From assembly GCA_964574665.1 (NCBI GenBank), contig CAZNOJ010000002.1, forward strand, positions 6,130 through 70,129: a DNA stretch of 64,000 nt. The letters are read 5' to 3'. Below, in pieces: positions 54,777-63,216 of the stretch; the stretch's first letter is position 1, and each line of letters opens with the position of its first letter. Under the pieces are notes generated by a model that ran no database searches, was not told where the DNA came from, and worked only from the letters and a program-made list of their open reading frames with translations. Origin of the DNA: an uncultured Gemmatimonadaceae bacterium (GTDB taxonomy: Bacteria > Gemmatimonadota > Gemmatimonadetes > Gemmatimonadales > GWC2-71-9). The position numbers and the translations under genes are program-made.

Positions 54777-54802
54777 CGGACGTCGCCCGTTATCCTTTGC
54801 CC

Positions 54803-55849
54803 ATGTCCAAGCTTCCCGTCGCCGTGCTCGGCGCCACCGGCGCGGTGGGCCAGGCCTTCATCGCCCGGCTCGCCGACCACCCCTGGTTCGAGGTGGCGCA
54901 GGTGGCCGCCTCCGCCGAGCGCGTCGGCCTCCGCTACGGCGAGACGGTGCGGTGGCGCGAGGCGCGGCCGCTGCCGGAAGGCGTGGCCGCGCTGCCCTGC
55001 ACCACCGCGGAGCCCGCCGCCGGGATCCGGATCGCCTTCTCCGCCCTCGACGCCGCGGTGGCGCGCGACGTGGAACCGGCCTTCGCCGCCGCCGGCGTGC
55101 TGGTGGTGAGCAACGCCTCCGCCTTCCGGATGGCGGCCGACGTGCCGCTGGTGATCCCGGAGGTCAACCCGGGGCACCTGGCGCTGCTCGACCACCAGCG
55201 GGCGCAACGCGGCTGGCGCGGGGGCATCGTCGCCAACCCCAACTGCTCCACCGCCGCGCTGGTCACCGCCCTCGCCCCGCTCGACCGCGCCTTCGGCCTC
55301 GAGCGCGCGGTGGTGGCCACGCTGCAGGCCGCGTCCGGGGCCGGGTATCCGGGCGTCCCCTCGCTCGACCTGCTCGACAACGTGATCCCGTACATCGCGG
55401 GCGAAGAGGAGAAGATCGAGGCGGAGTGCCGCAAGCTCCTCGGAACCCACGACCCCCACGCGATCCGCGAGGCCACCCTGACCGTCAGCGCGATGGTGCA
55501 CCGGGTCCCCGTCCTTGACGGGCACCTGGTGAGCGCGTCGCTCGCGTTTCGGAGGGTCCCGTCGGTGCAGGAGGCCGTGGCGGCACTCGAGGCGTTCCGT
55601 GGCGACGCCACGGTGGCCGGCCTGCCCACCTCACCGTCGCGCCCGATCGAAGTGGATGCGCGGGTGGACCGACCCCAGCCACGGCTCGACCGCGACCGCG
55701 GCCGGGGCATGACCGTGACGGTAGGGCGGGTGCGGCCCTGCCCGGTGCACCACCTTCGCTTCGTGGCGCTGGGCCACAACCTGGTGCGCGGCGCGGCGGG
55801 CGCGGCGATCCAGAATGCGGAGCTGTGCGTGGCAGGACAGAAGGTGTAG
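54803..55849 (+). CDS. asd: Aspartate-semialdehyde dehydrogenase
   Basis: VAVLGATGAVGQ (NADP site), the active-site Cys in NPNCSTA, and LQAASGAGY. Only the last 348 codons of the 850-aa track ORF are real. Confidence 0.9.
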   Translation: MSKLPVAVLGATGAVGQAFIARLADHPWFEVAQVAASAERVGLRYGETVRWREARPLPEGVAALPCTTAEPAAGIRIAFSALDAAVARDVEPAFAAAGVLVVSNASAFRMAADVPLVIPEVNPGHLALLDHQRAQRGWRGGIVANPNCSTAALVTALAPLDRAFGLERAVVATLQAASGAGYPGVPSLDLLDNVIPYIAGEEEKIEAECRKLLGTHDPHAIREATLTVSAMVHRVPVLDGHLVSASLAFRRVPSVQEAVAALEAFRGDATVAGLPTSPSRPIEVDARVDRPQPRLDRDRGRGMTVTVGRVRPCPVHHLRFVALGHNLVRGAAGAAIQNAELCVAGQKV

Positions 55850-55930
55850 CGGAGGACAGAGGACAGAGGACAGAGGACGGAGGGCAGGGTCCATCCTCTC
55901 CTCTCCGTCCTCTGCCCTCCGTCCTCCGTC
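55850..55930. repeat. Tandem-heptamer hairpin element, GGAGGAC/AGAGGAC family (copy H), between convergent asd and the GGDEF gene
   Basis: The left arm is GGAGGAC, 3 x AGAGGAC, then GGAGGGC (55851-55885). The right arm is CCTCTCCTCTCCGTCCTCTGCCCTCCGTCCTCCGTC (55895-55930). It starts 1 nt after the asd TAG and overlaps the GGDEF gene stop (55929-55931). Confidence 0.88.
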
Positions 55931-57068
55931 ACCCTTCCGGCCCGAACACCCGGTTGCGGCCCGCCTCCTTGGCGGCGTAGAGTCGCCGATCGGCGGCATC
56001 GAGCAGGGCGGAGAGGGTGTTGCCATCGCTGCCGAGGGCGGCGACCCCGATGGACACCGTCATGCGGGCACTCCCGCCGCGCGGCAGGGCCACCTCGTCG
56101 AGCCCGAGCCGTACCCGCAGCTCGTCGAGCTTTTCCATCGCGGCCGTGATCCCGGTGCCGGGCATGGCCATCAGGATCTCCTCGCCACCGTAGCGGGCCA
56201 CCACGTCGCTGCGCCGCAGCCCGCTGCGGAGCGTCACCGCGAGCTGCCGCAGGGCGGCATCGCCGGCCGCGTGGCCGTGCGTGTCGTTGAAATGCTTGAA
56301 ATGGTCCACGTCGAGCATCGCCACCACGAACGGGCGTCGCTCGCGCACCGCGCGCGTCAGCTCGTGGCCGAGGTACTCCTCCACGTAGGCGCGGTTGAAG
56401 AGGCCCGTGAGCCGGTCGAAGGTGGACAGCCGGCGGAGCCGGGTGGTGCGCCCCACGATGGCCATCGCCACCACCATCATGGCCAGCAGCATCACCAGGC
56501 GGGCGAACTGCGTGGTCCAGCTGAATGAGCCGTAGTCCGCCGCGCCCTGGAGGAGGCCCCCCGGGGCGTGCACGCGCCAGGTGAGCAGGGAGAGCAGGCC
56601 GTACTGCACCACCGCGGCGGTGCCGGCCGCCGCGCAGGCCCGCGGCGAGTACCGCAGCGCCGAGGCGGCAATCGCGAGAAAGTAGGCCTCGAACACCACC
56701 CGGGAGTTGGTGGTGATGATCGGCATGCCCACCAGCCAGAAGACGAACAGGCCGAGGGAGACAATCGTCACGTCGGCGACAGTGGTGATCACCGGCAGGC
56801 GGGGCCGGTAGAGTCCCCGGCGCACGGCACCGTCGAGCGCCACCGCCGCGGTGAGCGCGAAGAGCGCCACGCCGAGTCCGATCCAGTGTTGCCGCGACGG
56901 TTCGGCCGCCAGCGACACCACGGGGATCAGCAGCAGGAGCAGCGTGAGCCAGGTGCGGATCCGCGCCACGAGCGCCTCGCCATCCCGTGCGGCGTCGGCG
57001 AGGATCTCGTCGGACGGGGCGGTGAGCCACGCCCAGAGTCGCGCGAAGGGGCTCGGGCGGTCGGCCAC
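55929..57068 (-). CDS. Membrane-anchored diguanylate cyclase (GGDEF domain)
   Basis: About 5-6 N-terminal TM helices, then DRLTGLFNR, DVDHFKHFNDTHGH, and the active site RYGGEEI. The GTG at 57068 is the only in-frame start not overlapping ETF-QO. It shares 1 nt with that gene's TAG. Confidence 0.8.
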   Translation of the reverse strand: MADRPSPFARLWAWLTAPSDEILADAARDGEALVARIRTWLTLLLLLIPVVSLAAEPSRQHWIGLGVALFALTAAVALDGAVRRGLYRPRLPVITTVADVTIVSLGLFVFWLVGMPIITTNSRVVFEAYFLAIAASALRYSPRACAAAGTAAVVQYGLLSLLTWRVHAPGGLLQGAADYGSFSWTTQFARLVMLLAMMVVAMAIVGRTTRLRRLSTFDRLTGLFNRAYVEEYLGHELTRAVRERRPFVVAMLDVDHFKHFNDTHGHAAGDAALRQLAVTLRSGLRRSDVVARYGGEEILMAMPGTGITAAMEKLDELRVRLGLDEVALPRGGSARMTVSIGVAALGSDGNTLSALLDAADRRLYAAKEAGRNRVFGPEG

Positions 57069-58693
57069 TACATCAACCGGTACCGGGGACCGCTGCCCCC
57101 CTCGCGCGGCATCCAGCGCGGGCCCACCACGTCGGTGGCCTTGCAGTCCACGCAATTCGGGGCATTGACCCGGAGCTGGTCGCCGTCGAGCTCATACACG
57201 CCGGCCGGGCACACCCGCGCGTAGAACGCGGCCACCGCCGCGGGGATGTCCCGTCCCACCACCAGGTGCGACGGCACGTCATCGCGGGTGGCGTTGCCCG
57301 ACTTGAAGACGGCGTCCACCTTGCTGAAGGTGAGCACGTTATCGGGGACCAGCGGATGGTGGCCCCGATCCTGGCGCGGCGCCTCCGCGTCGCGATGCAT
57401 CGCGATGCGCCCGCCGGGAAACCGCCCACCCGTCAGGGTCATCAGCCCCGCCTTGATGCCCCCCGCCACGAAGCCGTCCTTGAAGGCCAGCCGCATGTTG
57501 CGGGTCCGCTGCAGGTCGTGGGCGATGCGCGACGAGCGCACCGCGGCGTCATACGCCATCAGCCGCGCCGCCTCGCCGGAGCCGCCACCGGCGAGCGCGT
57601 CGGCAATCGCCTCGGCCGCAAGCATTCCCGACTCCATGGCGTAATGGACACCCTTGAGCGACGGCACGTCCACGAATCCTGCCGTGTCCCCCACCATCAC
57701 GAGGCCGTCACCCACCAGCCGGTCGGGGATCGCGTACCAGCCGCCCTCCGGAATCGTCTTGGCGCCCCACTCGAGCAGGGTCCCGCCCTCGAGAATCTCC
57801 CGGAAGAGCGGGTGCAGCTTCATCCGCTGCATCGCCTCGTGCACGTCGAGCGAGGCATCGCCCGCATCGAGTCCCGCCACCAGGCCGATGGAAACCTGCT
57901 CGGGGCCCATCGGATAGCACCACGAGCCCCCGAAGGCATCGCGGGGCAGCGGCCAGCCGAGGGTGTGGATCACGCGATCCAGGGGCCGCTTCACCTGCCA
58001 GACCTCCTTGACGCCGAGCGCGAAGATCTGCGGGTTGGCGGATCCCACCCGCTGCCAGTCGCGCCACGCCTGCGCCAGCGGCCCGCGGGTGCCCTCGGCC
58101 AGTACCACCACCTTGGCCGTGAGCTCGGTCGGCTCCTGGTAGCCGTCGCCCGGCGTGCCGTCGCGCGTGAGCCCGGTGGCGGTGGTGCGCACGCCGATCA
58201 CCCGGGTGCCGTCCACCAGCAGCGATTCCGCGGGGAACCCCGGGAAGAGGTTGATGCCGAGGGCCTCGGCCTGCTCCCCCATCCAGCGCACCACCTCGCA
58301 CAGCGAGGCCACCACGTTGCCGTGATTGCGCATCGTGGGCGGCGTGGGGATCCGTGTCGCGCGCGTCGGCGAGAGGTAGTACACGGCCTCGCCCGTGACC
58401 GGCTGGCGGATCGGCATCTGCTCGAGCGGCACGTCGGGAAAGAGCGCGCGGAGCGCCACCGGATTGATCACCGCACCGGACAGCACGTGCTCACCGAGCG
58501 CGGCCGCCTTCTCGAGCACGCCGATGGCCAGCTCGGGATTCCGCCGGGCGAGCGCAATGGCGCACGCGAGGCCCGAGGGACCGGCCCCCACGATGAGCAC
58601 GTCGAGCTCGATCGCCTCCGGACCTGGCGGGTCGTGCCGGATCAGGGTGCTGGGAAGCGGCGGCTGATGGCGGATCGGCAGGATGACAGGCAC
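57068..58693 (-). CDS. Electron-transfer flavoprotein:ubiquinone oxidoreductase (ETF-QO)
   Basis: FAD motif DVLIVGAGPSGLACAI and a C-terminal 4Fe-4S region CPAGVYE...NAPNCVDCKATD. The start is set at GTG 58693 (541 aa). The ATG at 58801 lies inside the hairpin downstream of nadC and is disfavoured. Confidence 0.82.
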   Translation of the reverse strand: MPVILPIRHQPPLPSTLIRHDPPGPEAIELDVLIVGAGPSGLACAIALARRNPELAIGVLEKAAALGEHVLSGAVINPVALRALFPDVPLEQMPIRQPVTGEAVYYLSPTRATRIPTPPTMRNHGNVVASLCEVVRWMGEQAEALGINLFPGFPAESLLVDGTRVIGVRTTATGLTRDGTPGDGYQEPTELTAKVVVLAEGTRGPLAQAWRDWQRVGSANPQIFALGVKEVWQVKRPLDRVIHTLGWPLPRDAFGGSWCYPMGPEQVSIGLVAGLDAGDASLDVHEAMQRMKLHPLFREILEGGTLLEWGAKTIPEGGWYAIPDRLVGDGLVMVGDTAGFVDVPSLKGVHYAMESGMLAAEAIADALAGGGSGEAARLMAYDAAVRSSRIAHDLQRTRNMRLAFKDGFVAGGIKAGLMTLTGGRFPGGRIAMHRDAEAPRQDRGHHPLVPDNVLTFSKVDAVFKSGNATRDDVPSHLVVGRDIPAAVAAFYARVCPAGVYELDGDQLRVNAPNCVDCKATDVVGPRWMPREGGSGPRYRLM

Positions 58694-58771
58694 GGAGAGA
58701 TCCCTGGTCGGATTGCTAGGGGGAATATAGGCGACGGCCTGCCCCGCCTCGCGAAGCGACGGCGGGGGCGA

Positions 58772-58840
58772 CTCGTGCGGAGCGCAGCGAGGGACCGCCA
58801 TCCCGTCCGGCGGGCGATCCCTCGCTGCGCTCGGGATGAG
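58772..58840. terminator. Long imperfect palindrome downstream of nadC, sharing a motif with the spacer of repeat copy B
   Basis: The left arm is CTCGTGCGGAGCGCAGCGAGGGACCGCC (58772-58799). The right arm is GGCGGGCGATCCCTCGCTGCGCTCGGGATGAG (58809-58840). The core AGCGCAGCGAGGGA / TCCCTCGCTGCGCT is a perfect 14-bp pair. Confidence 0.6.
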
Positions 58841-58848
58841 CGGGCATG

Positions 58849-59715
58849 CTACGCGTTCCCACGCACCTCGAGGCCGAGATCGGCCGCCGGCACGGAATGG
58901 GTCAGGAGGCCCAGGCTCACGAAGTCGGCCCCGGCAAGCGCGTACTGGCGCATCGTCTCGAGGGTGATTCCTCCCGAGGCCTCGATCTCGATCGCGGGAT
59001 GCTGCGCGCGCGCCTCGCGGGCCCATTCCCGCACCCGATCGGGCGGCTGGTTGTCGATCAGCAGTCGCGTGGCCCCGGCGGCGCATGCCTCGCGCAATTG
59101 GGCCAGTGATTCCACTTCCACCTGCAGCCCGACCGCACCGAGCGCCCTGGCCTCTTCGAGTGCCTCCTCGAGCGAACGACCGCTGGCCCGGAGCGCCTGC
59201 CAGTGATTGTCCTTGACGAGCACGGTGGACGCCAGCTCGGTGCGATGCATCGCCCCGCCGGCATCGAGCACCGCGGCCACCTCCAGCAGCCGGAGGCCCG
59301 GCGTGGTCTTCCGGGTGTGCAGCACGCGGCAGCCGGTTCCCGCCAGTGCCGTCACGGCGCGCCGCGTGAGCGTGGCCACACCGGCCGCCCGTTGCAGCAG
59401 GTTGAGCAGCGGTCGCTCGGCGCGGAGGATGGCCCGCAGCGGGCCGTGCAGCGTCGCCACCGTGCCGACCGGGACGCTGTCGCCATCGTCGGCCGTCCAC
59501 GCGAAGGGCGGCAGCCCGCACGCCGTCAGCACGGCGTCGGCGTACCGGCGTCCGGAGAGGACCAGCGGCTGCCGGGCCTCGAGCACCGCCGTCCCCTCCT
59601 GGTCGCGTCCCACGGTCACCAGCGAGGTGATGTCGCGGCTGCCGTCCTCGCGGAGCGCCTCCTCGGCGAGGCGCGCGGCATCGGCGGCGAGGGGATGCAC
59701 GGGGCCGTCAGGCAC
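58849..59715 (-). CDS. nadC: Nicotinate-nucleotide pyrophosphorylase (carboxylating)
   Basis: 288 aa. Family-typical RAERPLLNLLQRAAGVAT, TRKTTPGLR and VLVKDNH. The start overlaps the nadA stop by 8 nt. Confidence 0.88.
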   Translation of the reverse strand: MPDGPVHPLAADAARLAEEALREDGSRDITSLVTVGRDQEGTAVLEARQPLVLSGRRYADAVLTACGLPPFAWTADDGDSVPVGTVATLHGPLRAILRAERPLLNLLQRAAGVATLTRRAVTALAGTGCRVLHTRKTTPGLRLLEVAAVLDAGGAMHRTELASTVLVKDNHWQALRASGRSLEEALEEARALGAVGLQVEVESLAQLREACAAGATRLLIDNQPPDRVREWAREARAQHPAIEIEASGGITLETMRQYALAGADFVSLGLLTHSVPAADLGLEVRGNA

Positions 59716-60703
59716 CGAGCGCCACCATGCGCTCGATCGCGGTGCGCGCCCGGATCCGGATCGCCTCGGGCACCTCGATCACGTGCTGGTTGTGCCGCAG
59801 CGCGTCGCGCACGTCGAGCAGCGTGATCGTCTTCATGTAGGCGCACTCGGCCGCCCGGTCGGCGGGCACGAATCGCTTCCCGGGCGCCATCTGCCGCATC
59901 CGGTGGATGATCCCGGTCTCGGTGGCGACGATGAACGTGTCGGCGTCGAGGGTGCGCGTCAGGTTGATCATCCCCTCGGTGGAGGCGATGTGGATCCCCT
60001 CGGGCGGCAGGTCGCCGTCGGCCATCCGGTAGAGGAGGCGCGAGGCGCAGCCGCACTCGGGATGCACCAGCACCTCGCTGCGGGGGTTGGCCGCGCGGGC
60101 CGCCTCCAGGGCGTCAATGTCAATGCCGGCATGGACGTGGCATTCGCCCATCCACACCTCGACGTCGCGGTCGGGGCGCATGCGTCGCACGTGCGCGCCG
60201 AGGAACATGTCGGGCAGGAAGAGGATGCCGCGGTCGGCCGGAATGGCGTCGATCACGTCGAGCACGTTGCCGCTGGTGCAGCAGTAGTCGAGCTCCGCCT
60301 TCACCGCCGCCGTGGTGTTGACGTAGCCCACCGCCACGTGGTCGGGGAACTGGCGGCGCCAGCCGCGCACCTCCTCGGGCGTGATCGTGTCGGCCAGCGA
60401 GCATCCCGCCTCGAGGTCGGGAAGCAGCACCACCTTGTCGGGGGCCAGCACCTTGGCAGTCTCCGCCATGAAGTGCACCCCGCAGAACACGATCACGTCC
60501 TCGGCCACGTCGGCCGCCCGGCGCGACAGGCCGAGGGAGTCGCCCACGAAGTGGGCCACGTCCTGCACCTCCGGCCGCTGGTAGTTGTGGGCCAGGATGA
60601 TCGCGCGGCGCTCGGCGGCCAGCTCGCGGATCTCCTCGGCAAGGCGCGGGATCTCGTGGTCGGGATACGGCGTCGGATCGATCACGGGCAACTGGTGGCT
60701 CAC
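59708..60703 (-). CDS. nadA: Quinolinate synthase
   Basis: ILAHNYQ, FCGVHFMAET, LVHPEC and ATETGIIHRM. The GTG at 60703 overlaps the nadB stop (GTGA). The other 797 codons of the 1128-aa track ORF are antisense read-through. Confidence 0.9.
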   Translation of the reverse strand: MSHQLPVIDPTPYPDHEIPRLAEEIRELAAERRAIILAHNYQRPEVQDVAHFVGDSLGLSRRAADVAEDVIVFCGVHFMAETAKVLAPDKVVLLPDLEAGCSLADTITPEEVRGWRRQFPDHVAVGYVNTTAAVKAELDYCCTSGNVLDVIDAIPADRGILFLPDMFLGAHVRRMRPDRDVEVWMGECHVHAGIDIDALEAARAANPRSEVLVHPECGCASRLLYRMADGDLPPEGIHIASTEGMINLTRTLDADTFIVATETGIIHRMRQMAPGKRFVPADRAAECAYMKTITLLDVRDALRHNQHVIEVPEAIRIRARTAIERMVALGA

Positions 60704-62208
60704 GTGGCGCTCCCCCCCCTCGGGTTGGGAAAGTCGGCCCGCCGGTGGCCGCCGCGCGACTCGCGGCGACCCCGGGCGGCCCGGGCAATCAGGGCGGCGA
60801 CCCGCAACTGGTCGGCGGTGTGCCAGGCCCCCGCAGGAGAACGCGCCAGCAGGTCGGCAAGTGCCAGCTCCGCCTCGGCGAGCCCCGGTTCGGTGCGAAC
60901 CACGCCCACCTCCCGGGTGAGAATCGAGCGCATCCGGGCCAGCAGCGCCAGCGCCTCCGGACGCTGGTCGGCACCGCTGTCCACGTCGGTCGGCGCGGGG
61001 GCGAGCGAGGCCGGCGCCCGGGGCGCGGCGACCAGGCCGCCTGCGATCTCGCGACCGGCCCGGTCGGCAAACACCAGCCCTTCGAGCAGCGAGTTCGACG
61101 CCAGCCGATTGGCCCCGTGCACGCCGGTGTGGGCGCACTCGCCCACCGCCCAGAGTCCCGCCACCGCGGTGCGGCCATCCAGGTCGGTGCCGATGCCGCC
61201 CATCGCGTAGTGCATCGCGGGTGCCACCGGCAGCAGGTCGCGCGACAGCGAGAAGCCGTGGGCGGCCACCAGCGCCTGCACGCCCGGAAAGCGCTGCTCC
61301 ACCTCGTCCACGTGCCGCGCGTCGAGCCAGGCATCGTGCCGGAAGGCGCGGAGCGCCACCGCCCGGGCCACCACGTCGCGGGGAGCGAGCTCGCCGCGGG
61401 GATCGAGTCCCAGCATGAAGCGCTCGCCGCGCGCATCCACGAGGAACGCCCCGGCCCCGCGCAGCGCCTCGGTGAGCAGCGGCGCCGGGTTGACGCCCGG
61501 CACGCGGAGCGCCGTGGGATGGAACTGCAGGAACTCGATGTGCGCCAGCGTGGCGCCCACGGCGTGGGCCAGGGCCCAGCCATCGCCGGTGGCGACCGGT
61601 GGGTTGGTGGTGACCTCGAACAGCTGGCCCACGCCGCCGGTGGCGAGCACCACGGCGGGCGCCGCGATCGCGGTGGGTTCGCCGTCGTCGTCGTGGACGA
61701 TCGCGCCGATCACGCGGTCCCGATGTCGCACCAGGCGCCGCACGCGGGTGCGCTCCAGCAGGGTGATGCGCGGATCGGCGCGGACCACGCGCGACAGCGT
61801 CTCCACCAGCGCGGCGCCGGTGCGATCTCCCTCGGCGTGGATGACGCGCGCGCGCGAGTGCGCGGCCTCGAGCCCGAACCGCAGCTCGCCGGCCGGGTCG
61901 CGATCGAAGGCCGCCCCCATCTCCAGCAGCTCCCGCACTCGCGCGGGGCCCTCGTGCACGAGGACGTCCACCGCGAGCGGGTCGGCGAGCCCACCGCTGG
62001 CGGCGATCGTGTCGGCGGCGTGCAGCGCCGGGGAGTCGGCGGCGTCCAGCGCCACCGCGATCCCCCCCTGCGCCCATGCCGTGTTGGAGTCGTGCAGCGT
62101 GGCCTTGGTGACCAGCACCACGTCGTGCCCCTCGGTCGCCAGCCGCCAGGCGGTCCAGAGTCCGGCGACTCCGGTGCCGACGACGAGCGGTCGATGGGTG
62201 GTCAGCAC
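60700..62208 (-). CDS. nadB: L-aspartate oxidase
   Basis: FAD motif LVVGTGVAGL, then AQGGIAV, HYAMGGI, GANRLASNSLLEG and ESRGGH. Confidence 0.9.
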   Translation of the reverse strand: MLTTHRPLVVGTGVAGLWTAWRLATEGHDVVLVTKATLHDSNTAWAQGGIAVALDAADSPALHAADTIAASGGLADPLAVDVLVHEGPARVRELLEMGAAFDRDPAGELRFGLEAAHSRARVIHAEGDRTGAALVETLSRVVRADPRITLLERTRVRRLVRHRDRVIGAIVHDDDGEPTAIAAPAVVLATGGVGQLFEVTTNPPVATGDGWALAHAVGATLAHIEFLQFHPTALRVPGVNPAPLLTEALRGAGAFLVDARGERFMLGLDPRGELAPRDVVARAVALRAFRHDAWLDARHVDEVEQRFPGVQALVAAHGFSLSRDLLPVAPAMHYAMGGIGTDLDGRTAVAGLWAVGECAHTGVHGANRLASNSLLEGLVFADRAGREIAGGLVAAPRAPASLAPAPTDVDSGADQRPEALALLARMRSILTREVGVVRTEPGLAEAELALADLLARSPAGAWHTADQLRVAALIARAARGRRESRGGHRRADFPNPRGGSAT

Positions 62209-62223
62209 GGCGGAAATCTAGCA

Positions 62224-62246
62224 GGGACAGGGCACCGCCCTGTCCC
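62224..62246. terminator. 9-bp GC hairpin downstream of etfA
   Basis: GGGACAGGG (62224-62232), loop CACCG, then CCCTGTCCC (62238-62246). It lies in the 45-nt gap between the etfA stop and the nadB start. There is no U-tract. Confidence 0.5.
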
Positions 62247-62253
62247 GGCGAGC

Positions 62254-63216
62254 CTACGCCTTCGCCCTGCGGATCGCCTCGGTCAGCGCCGGCAGCACCT
62301 CGAACAGGTCGCCCACGATGCCGTAGTCGGCCACCTTGAAGATCGGCGCATCCTTGTCGCGGTTGATGGCGACGATGGTGCGGGCCGTGCGCATGCCGGC
62401 GAGGTGCTGAATGGCGCCCGAGATGCCCACCGCGAAATACAGCTCGGGGGCCACCGTCTTGCCGGTCTGGCCCACCTGCGCCCCGTGACCGATCCAGCCG
62501 GCGTCCACCACCGCGCGCGACGCTCCCACCGCCGCCTCGCCACCGAAGGCGGCGGCGAGGTCGTCGAGCAGCGCGAAGTGCTTGGGATCGCCGAGCCCGC
62601 GGCCACCCGAGATCACCACCCGTGCCTCGCTCACGTCCACCGCGGCCTGCTCCGGCGCACGCACCTCGGTCACCGTGAGCCGACGCGTGAACGCGGGCAC
62701 GCTCACCGACTCGACGGCACCGGCCTTGGCTGCCGCAGTCGCCGGGTAGGCACCCGGACGCACGGCCACCACCGGCGTGCCGCCGAGGGCGAGCACCTGG
62801 ATCGCCTTGCCGGCATACACGGGCCGGGTGACCCGCAGCCCATCGCCGTCGCGGGCGACGGCGGTGACGTCCATGCCACAGGGTGCGCCCAGGCGCGCGG
62901 CGAGCCGCGGCGCCAGGTCCTTGCCGGTCGCCGTGGCGGCGACCAGCACCGCGCGCGGCGCGGGCAGCGCCGCCACGGTGGCCGTGATCCCGTCGGGGCA
63001 GTACTGCGCGAAATCCGGGTGGGTGGCCATCAGCACCCGGTCGGCGCCGGCGGCTCCGAGCCCGTCCACGCCCGCCACGGGGCCGGCGGCACACAGCAGC
63101 GCGTCCACGGTGTCGCCGCCCTGGTCGGCGAGGTCTCGCGCGGCCGCGAGCAACTCCGCCGCGCCCTTGCGCAGCGCGCCATCCCGCGACTCGAGCACCA
63201 CGAGAATCGTTGCCAT
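62254..63216 (-). CDS. etfA: Electron transfer flavoprotein alpha subunit
   Basis: C-terminal FAD-binding signature LYFAVGISGAIQHLAGM and ...INRDKDAPIF. The start overlaps the etfB stop by 1 nt. Confidence 0.9.
   Translation of the reverse strand: MATILVVLESRDGALRKGAAELLAAARDLADQGGDTVDALLCAAGPVAGVDGLGAAGADRVLMATHPDFAQYCPDGITATVAALPAPRAVLVAATATGKDLAPRLAARLGAPCGMDVTAVARDGDGLRVTRPVYAGKAIQVLALGGTPVVAVRPGAYPATAAAKAGAVESVSVPAFTRRLTVTEVRAPEQAAVDVSEARVVISGGRGLGDPKHFALLDDLAAAFGGEAAVGASRAVVDAGWIGHGAQVGQTGKTVAPELYFAVGISGAIQHLAGMRTARTIVAINRDKDAPIFKVADYGIVGDLFEVLPALTEAIRRAKA

Noticed and set aside
53297-54802. N-terminal 502 codons of the 850-aa ORF that ends as asd
   Set aside because: This part overlaps htpX and terC in another frame and is Arg/Pro-rich nonsense. 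asd starts at ATG 54803 with the canonical VAVLGATGAVGQ NADP-binding N-terminus.
57069-57155. ATG 57155 as the start of the GGDEF gene
   Set aside because: It would overlap the ETF-QO coding end by 88 nt, and the extension is Arg/Gly-rich. The in-frame GTG at 57068 abuts the ETF-QO stop, like the other coupled genes in this window.
58694-58801. ATG 58801 as the ETF-QO start (N-terminal extension MAVPRCAPHE...)
   Set aside because: The ATG lies in the loop of the long palindrome downstream of nadC. The extension would be encoded by repeat sequence. GTG 58693 gives a protein of typical ETF-QO length. The call remains uncertain.
62209-62253. NAD+ (nadA-motif) riboswitch upstream of nadB
   Set aside because: The gap is only 45 nt, and a simple 9-bp hairpin immediately after the etfA stop fills most of it. 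That hairpin is more simply read as a terminator or stability element.
59708-63094. 1128-aa ORF on the minus strand
   Set aside because: Only the C-terminal 331 codons (from GTG 60703) look like a protein (NadA). The rest is Arg/Gly/Pro/Ala-rich low-complexity translation. It runs in an alternative frame of the same strand across nadB and etfA, which have strong motif support in their own frames. It is a typical high-GC read-through artefact.
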